A DNA stretch of 64,000 bases from Candidatus Latescibacterota bacterium (GTDB taxonomy: Bacteria; Latescibacterota; UBA2968): positions 5,088,001 through 5,152,000 of the forward strand of contig OZ220741.1 in assembly GCA_965116885.1 (NCBI GenBank), given 5' to 3'. Under the pieces are notes generated by a model, which had not been told where the DNA came from, searched no databases, and was given only the letters and a program-made list of their open reading frames with translations. This document shows, in pieces, positions 60,023-64,000 of this stretch. Every line of letters starts with the position of its first letter. Within the stretch, counting starts at the first letter, position 1. Position numbers and translations under genes: made by a program.

Positions 60023-61810
60023 ATGCAGAAGGATTATTCTGAAGTCAAAGGTCAACTGCGAAGTCAAGAGTGGTTCAACAACCCGCACAACATGGGCATG
60101 ACAGCCGTCTATGTCGAACGCTACATGAACTATGGCTGGACGCGCGAAGAACTCCAATCGGGCAAACCCGTTATCGGCATCGCGCAAACGGGTGGCGACC
60201 TCACCCCCTGCAATCGCATTCACGTCGAACTGGTCGATCGCGTCAAAGCAGGTATCCGCGACAACGGCGGCATACCCTTTGAATTTCCCGTACACCCCAT
60301 TGCCGAACAGGGCAAACGGCCCACGGCTGCCCTCGACCGCAACCTCGCCTACCTCGGGCTGGTCGAAATCCTGCACGGCTATCCCATCGACGGCGTCGTC
60401 CTCACCACCGGATGCGACAAAACCACACCCGCCTGCATCATGGCAGCCTGCACCATGAACCTGCCCGCCATCGTACTCTCTGGCGGTCCCATGCTCGATG
60501 GGCACTGGCGCGGACGTCTGGCCGGATCGGGTACAGTTGTCTGGGAAGCTCGCGAACGCTACGCGGCTGGTGAAATCGACTACGATGGCTTCATGGATAT
60601 CGTCACATCATCCTCGCCCAGTGTGGGCCACTGCAACACAATGGGAACCGCCCTATCCATGAACGCATTGGCCGAAGCACTTGGATTATCGCTTACCGGA
60701 TGTGCGGCCATCCCCGCACCCTATCGCGCCCGCAAGCAAATGGCCTATCGCACGGGTCTGCGCATCGTCGATATGGTCAAAGAAGATCTCACCCCCGACA
60801 AGGTCCTCACACCAGAAGCCTTCCAAAACGCCATTGTCGTCAACTCAGCGCTCGGCGGTTCGACCAATGCGCCAGTCCACATCACTGCCATGGCGAGACA
60901 CATCGGGCTGGAACTGCCAGCAAAAGACTGGCAAACCCATGGTCACCATATCCCCCTGCTCGTCAACTGTCAGCCCGCAGGTGAATACCTGGGCGAAGCA
61001 TTTTACCGCGCTGGCGGTGTACCCGCTGTCATGGCCGAACTCGTCAAAGCTGGCAAACTCCACACCCACTGCCAGACCGTCACAGGCAAAACCATAGGCG
61101 AAAATCTCAAAGACATCGCCATTGAAGACGAACGCGTCATCAAACCCTATGATCAACCCTTAAAAGAAAGCGCTGGATTCATCGTACTCAGCGGCAACCT
61201 CTTTGAAGCGGGCTTGCTCAAAACCTCTGTAATTGGTGACGACTTTCGCAAAAAATATCTCCAGCGCGAAGGCGATGAAAACGCCTGGGAAGGCACAGCT
61301 GTGGTCTTCGATGGCCCCGAAGATTATCACCATCGCATCAACGACCCCGATTTGCCCATCGACGAAAATGCCCTGCTCTTCGTGCGCTATTGCGGACCCG
61401 TGGGCTATCCCGGCTCAGCCGAAGTCGTCAACATGCTCCCACCCGACCGCCTCGTGCAGGCTGGCATTTCCGAACTGCCCTGCATCGGAGATGGGCGTCA
61501 AAGCGGCACTTCTGCCAGTCCATCCATACTCAACGCCTCACCCGAAGCCACAGTGGGCGGTGGGCTTGCCTTTCTCAAAACGGGCGACCGCGTGCGCATC
61601 GACCTCAACACATGCACGGCCAATGTCCTCATCAGCGATCGGGAACTCGCCCAGCGCAGAAAAGACTGGAAACAACCCGATCTGGTCCACCAGACGCCAT
61701 GGCAGGAAATCTATCGCCAAAATGTGGGACAACTCGCCGATGGCGCATGTATGGAACTGGCAGTCAAATACCAGAATGTGCGCGACAATACCCCGCGTCA
61801 TTCGCATTAA
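60023..61810 (+). CDS. IlvD/Edd-family dehydratase (sugar-acid dehydratase clade likely)
   Basis: PCN, CDKTTP, GHCNTMGTA, GGSTNA, GP.GYPG.AE, DGRQSGTS. Confidence 0.9.
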   Translation: MQKDYSEVKGQLRSQEWFNNPHNMGMTAVYVERYMNYGWTREELQSGKPVIGIAQTGGDLTPCNRIHVELVDRVKAGIRDNGGIPFEFPVHPIAEQGKRPTAALDRNLAYLGLVEILHGYPIDGVVLTTGCDKTTPACIMAACTMNLPAIVLSGGPMLDGHWRGRLAGSGTVVWEARERYAAGEIDYDGFMDIVTSSSPSVGHCNTMGTALSMNALAEALGLSLTGCAAIPAPYRARKQMAYRTGLRIVDMVKEDLTPDKVLTPEAFQNAIVVNSALGGSTNAPVHITAMARHIGLELPAKDWQTHGHHIPLLVNCQPAGEYLGEAFYRAGGVPAVMAELVKAGKLHTHCQTVTGKTIGENLKDIAIEDERVIKPYDQPLKESAGFIVLSGNLFEAGLLKTSVIGDDFRKKYLQREGDENAWEGTAVVFDGPEDYHHRINDPDLPIDENALLFVRYCGPVGYPGSAEVVNMLPPDRLVQAGISELPCIGDGRQSGTSASPSILNASPEATVGGGLAFLKTGDRVRIDLNTCTANVLISDRELAQRRKDWKQPDLVHQTPWQEIYRQNVGQLADGACMELAVKYQNVRDNTPRHSH

Positions 61811-61821
61811 ATCTTTACCTC

Positions 61822-62502
61822 GTGATCTTTCCAACACCCGAAGAATACACCGTCCTCTTTCTATCGCTTAAAGTGGGTCTGCTCTGCGTGGTTATAAGCC
61901 TGCCCTTTGCCGTATTGTTGGGCTGGGTGCTGGCGCGCAAAAACTTTCGCGGCAAGCTCGTCCTCGACGGTTTGTGTCACTTGCCACTTGTATTGCCACC
62001 TGTGGTTGTCGGGTATCTACTCCTCCTCCTGTTGGGTCGCCGGGGTTTTCTGGGTCAAATTTTGAGCGACTGGTTTGGATTGCAAATCGCATTTACCTGG
62101 CGAGGTGCTGTATTAGCCGCTGCTGTAGTGGGTTTTCCACTCATGTTAAGAGCCGTTCGCCTCGCCATCGAAAGTGTTGACCCCCGCCTCGAGCGCGCTG
62201 CCCGCACCCTGGGTGCCAATCCACTTCGCGCCTTTTTTTCCATAACGCTACGCCTGGCCACCCCGGGCGTACTCGTTGGCTCTCTCCTCGCATTTGCGCG
62301 CAGCCTGGGCGAATTTGGCGCCACCATCACCTTTGTCTCCAATATCGCTGGCGAAACCCGCACACTCCCACTCGCCATTTTCACGTACATCAACCAGCCC
62401 GACGGTGAAGCTGCTGCCGCACGCCTCGTCTTACTCTCCATCATCCTATCTCTGGGCGCGCTCATCGCCAGTGAGGGCATCGCCCGCAAAATGAAAAATT
62501 AA
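61822..62502 (+). CDS. modB: Molybdate ABC transporter permease
   Basis: LSLKV, LPLVLPPVVVGY.LL, FPLM, ARTLGA, FARSLGEFGAT, GETRTLP. Start GTG 61822; the longer ORF overlaps the dehydratase. Confidence 0.92.
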   Translation: MIFPTPEEYTVLFLSLKVGLLCVVISLPFAVLLGWVLARKNFRGKLVLDGLCHLPLVLPPVVVGYLLLLLLGRRGFLGQILSDWFGLQIAFTWRGAVLAAAVVGFPLMLRAVRLAIESVDPRLERAARTLGANPLRAFFSITLRLATPGVLVGSLLAFARSLGEFGATITFVSNIAGETRTLPLAIFTYINQPDGEAAAARLVLLSIILSLGALIASEGIARKMKN

Positions 62503-62507
62503 CCACC

Positions 62508-63569
62508 ATGCTCACCCTTTGTGTACACAGGCAACTCGCCGAATTTACCCTCGAAATCAATGTGACGTGCGCCTATCCCGTCACCGCGATATTTGGACCT
62601 TCGGGCTGCGGCAAAACCACCCTCTTGAATCTCATAAGCGGTCTGATGCGACCAGATAGCGGCCAAATCAGCATTGATGACACCATTTTATTCGACGCTG
62701 AAAAAGGCATTGACCTGCCTCCGGAAAAGCGACGCATCGGCCATGTATTTCAAGACGATTTGCTTTTTCCACACCTGAACGTGCGCCAAAATCTCCTGTA
62801 CGGGTACCAATTTCTCGCGCCATCAAAACGCAAATTTCATCCCAATGCCATTATCGACCTGCTCGAATTAAACACCCTGCTCGACCGCCTCCCAAATCTC
62901 CTCTCAGGTGGTGAACGCCAGCGCGTCGCCCTGGGCCGAGCCATCCTGACTTCTCCCAGACTGCTCATCATGGATGAACCCTTGACCGCGCTCGATCAAG
63001 AGCTCAAAGACCGCATCATGCCCTATCTGCGCCACATTCGCACGGATCTGGGCATCCCCATGCTCTACGTCAGCCACGCAATTGGTGAAATTCTGCAACT
63101 CACCGGACAAGTCATCGTACTCAACCGCGGGCAAGTACTCGCGCATGGAGACTTCTTTTCTATCGCTCACCAGCCCAAAATTCTACCCCTGCTCGAAGCG
63201 CATGGTTTTGAAAATGTCCTGCCCGTTGAAGTCATCTCATCCAATCGCGTACAATACAACAATCAAATCCTCCATATCCCTCCCTGTGACCGCAGACCGG
63301 GCACGCATATCTTCATAGGCATCCGGGCAAACGACATTATTTTGTCCCGGCAGCGACCTGAGGGTTTAAGCATTCGCAACGCCCTCTCCGGACGGATTCT
63401 CGACATCGTTGAAACGCATGGGCGACGCCTCGTGTATATCGACGTGGGCAAACGCCTCGCCGCTGAAGTTACGCCCGAAGCGATAGAGGAATTGGCCTTA
63501 AAAATCGGCGACCCCGTAATTTGCCTGATAAAAACACACGCCATTCGCATAGGTCCAGATATCTCTTGA
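62508..63569 (+). CDS. modC: Molybdate ABC transporter ATPase
   Basis: FGPSGCGKTT, LPPEKRRIG.VFQ, LSGGERQRVA, YVSH, TOBE domain (LSIRN.L.G, IKT). Confidence 0.93.
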   Translation: MLTLCVHRQLAEFTLEINVTCAYPVTAIFGPSGCGKTTLLNLISGLMRPDSGQISIDDTILFDAEKGIDLPPEKRRIGHVFQDDLLFPHLNVRQNLLYGYQFLAPSKRKFHPNAIIDLLELNTLLDRLPNLLSGGERQRVALGRAILTSPRLLIMDEPLTALDQELKDRIMPYLRHIRTDLGIPMLYVSHAIGEILQLTGQVIVLNRGQVLAHGDFFSIAHQPKILPLLEAHGFENVLPVEVISSNRVQYNNQILHIPPCDRRPGTHIFIGIRANDIILSRQRPEGLSIRNALSGRILDIVETHGRRLVYIDVGKRLAAEVTPEAIEELALKIGDPVICLIKTHAIRIGPDIS

Positions 63570-63741
63570 GACCCTCGCCACCTCCATTTTGAAAAAAAAT
63601 TAAAATTTCTGAAACCCATTCACAACCTGCACTGTCTATTTATGTGACATTGGGTAACTATTTTATCACTTTTTGTTTCAAAGTGCATCCAAAGGGATGT
63701 AACAGTGAAGATGAAATTTGCAAAAAATTCCGATTTCTTCC

Positions 63742-63770
63742 TTGACGTATCGGAGTTCTCTAACTATCTT
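63742..63770 (+). promoter_or_regulatory. Putative sigma70 promoter for a gene beyond the window
   Basis: TTGACG-17 nt-TATCTT; the window ends at an RBS-like GGAGAGGA. Confidence 0.5.
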
Positions 63771-64000
63771 TTTAAAGCTAAACAGTATTGTTGCAATCCA
63801 TCAATCTCAAACAGGGAATCCATCGTGTATATTCGTAAACCCGCACCACAGGGCTGAGTTTCCTGGAACGACATCCAGGGTAACACCTTTACACAAGAGA
63901 TTTTCGTGTTCAATCTCGCCATTGTTGCCTTTAACAGTCCTATCCAGGATAGCTCGCAATTTGATTGCACGCGCTCTTATTGCGCCTGGAGAGGACTATA

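Noticed and set aside
61390..61821. N-terminal extension of modB in the ORF track
   Set aside because: It overlaps the dehydratase in another frame; ModB-like sequence starts near GTG 61822.
63764..63970. 68-aa minus-strand ORF
   Set aside because: No recognisable motif or clear RBS; the region reads better as a plus-strand promoter and leader.
1..64000. CRISPR arrays, transposases, prophage genes, rRNA
   Set aside because: No regularly spaced repeats or recognisable motifs seen by eye; very degenerate remnants cannot be excluded.

Overview
A 64-kb bacterial chromosome segment of moderate GC from a diderm organism (bamA, skp, lolA/lolD, lptD-like). Gene order and protein types suggest an FCB-affiliated lineage such as Latescibacterota/Gemmatimonadota, but this is inference. 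Most of the window is housekeeping: glyA with a ZTP riboswitch, priA, rodZ, maf, dtd, lysA, def, moaDE, tsaD, ftsK, prfB with a +1 frameshift, lysS, clpC, bamA-skp-fabZ, pyrF, rnpB, rnhA, two tRNAs and modBC. The outstanding element is a GC-rich ~7.7-kb insert (8423-16124) between dtd and the lptD-like gene, bounded by an imperfect 37-bp direct repeat. It encodes an RND permease, a GOLPH3/Vps74(GPP34)-domain-cytochrome P450 fusion with a non-canonical I-helix, an ERG6/SMT-like sterol C24-methyltransferase and a Neverland/KshA-like Rieske sterol oxygenase. Together these look like a sterol-tailoring and transport cassette, with no sterol cyclase in the window. A possible partner periplasmic adaptor lies alone ~15 kb away as a second GC-rich insert. 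The bamA-skp-fabZ cluster lacks its usual lpxD/lpxA neighbours. All assignments come from motif recognition by eye; no searches were run.
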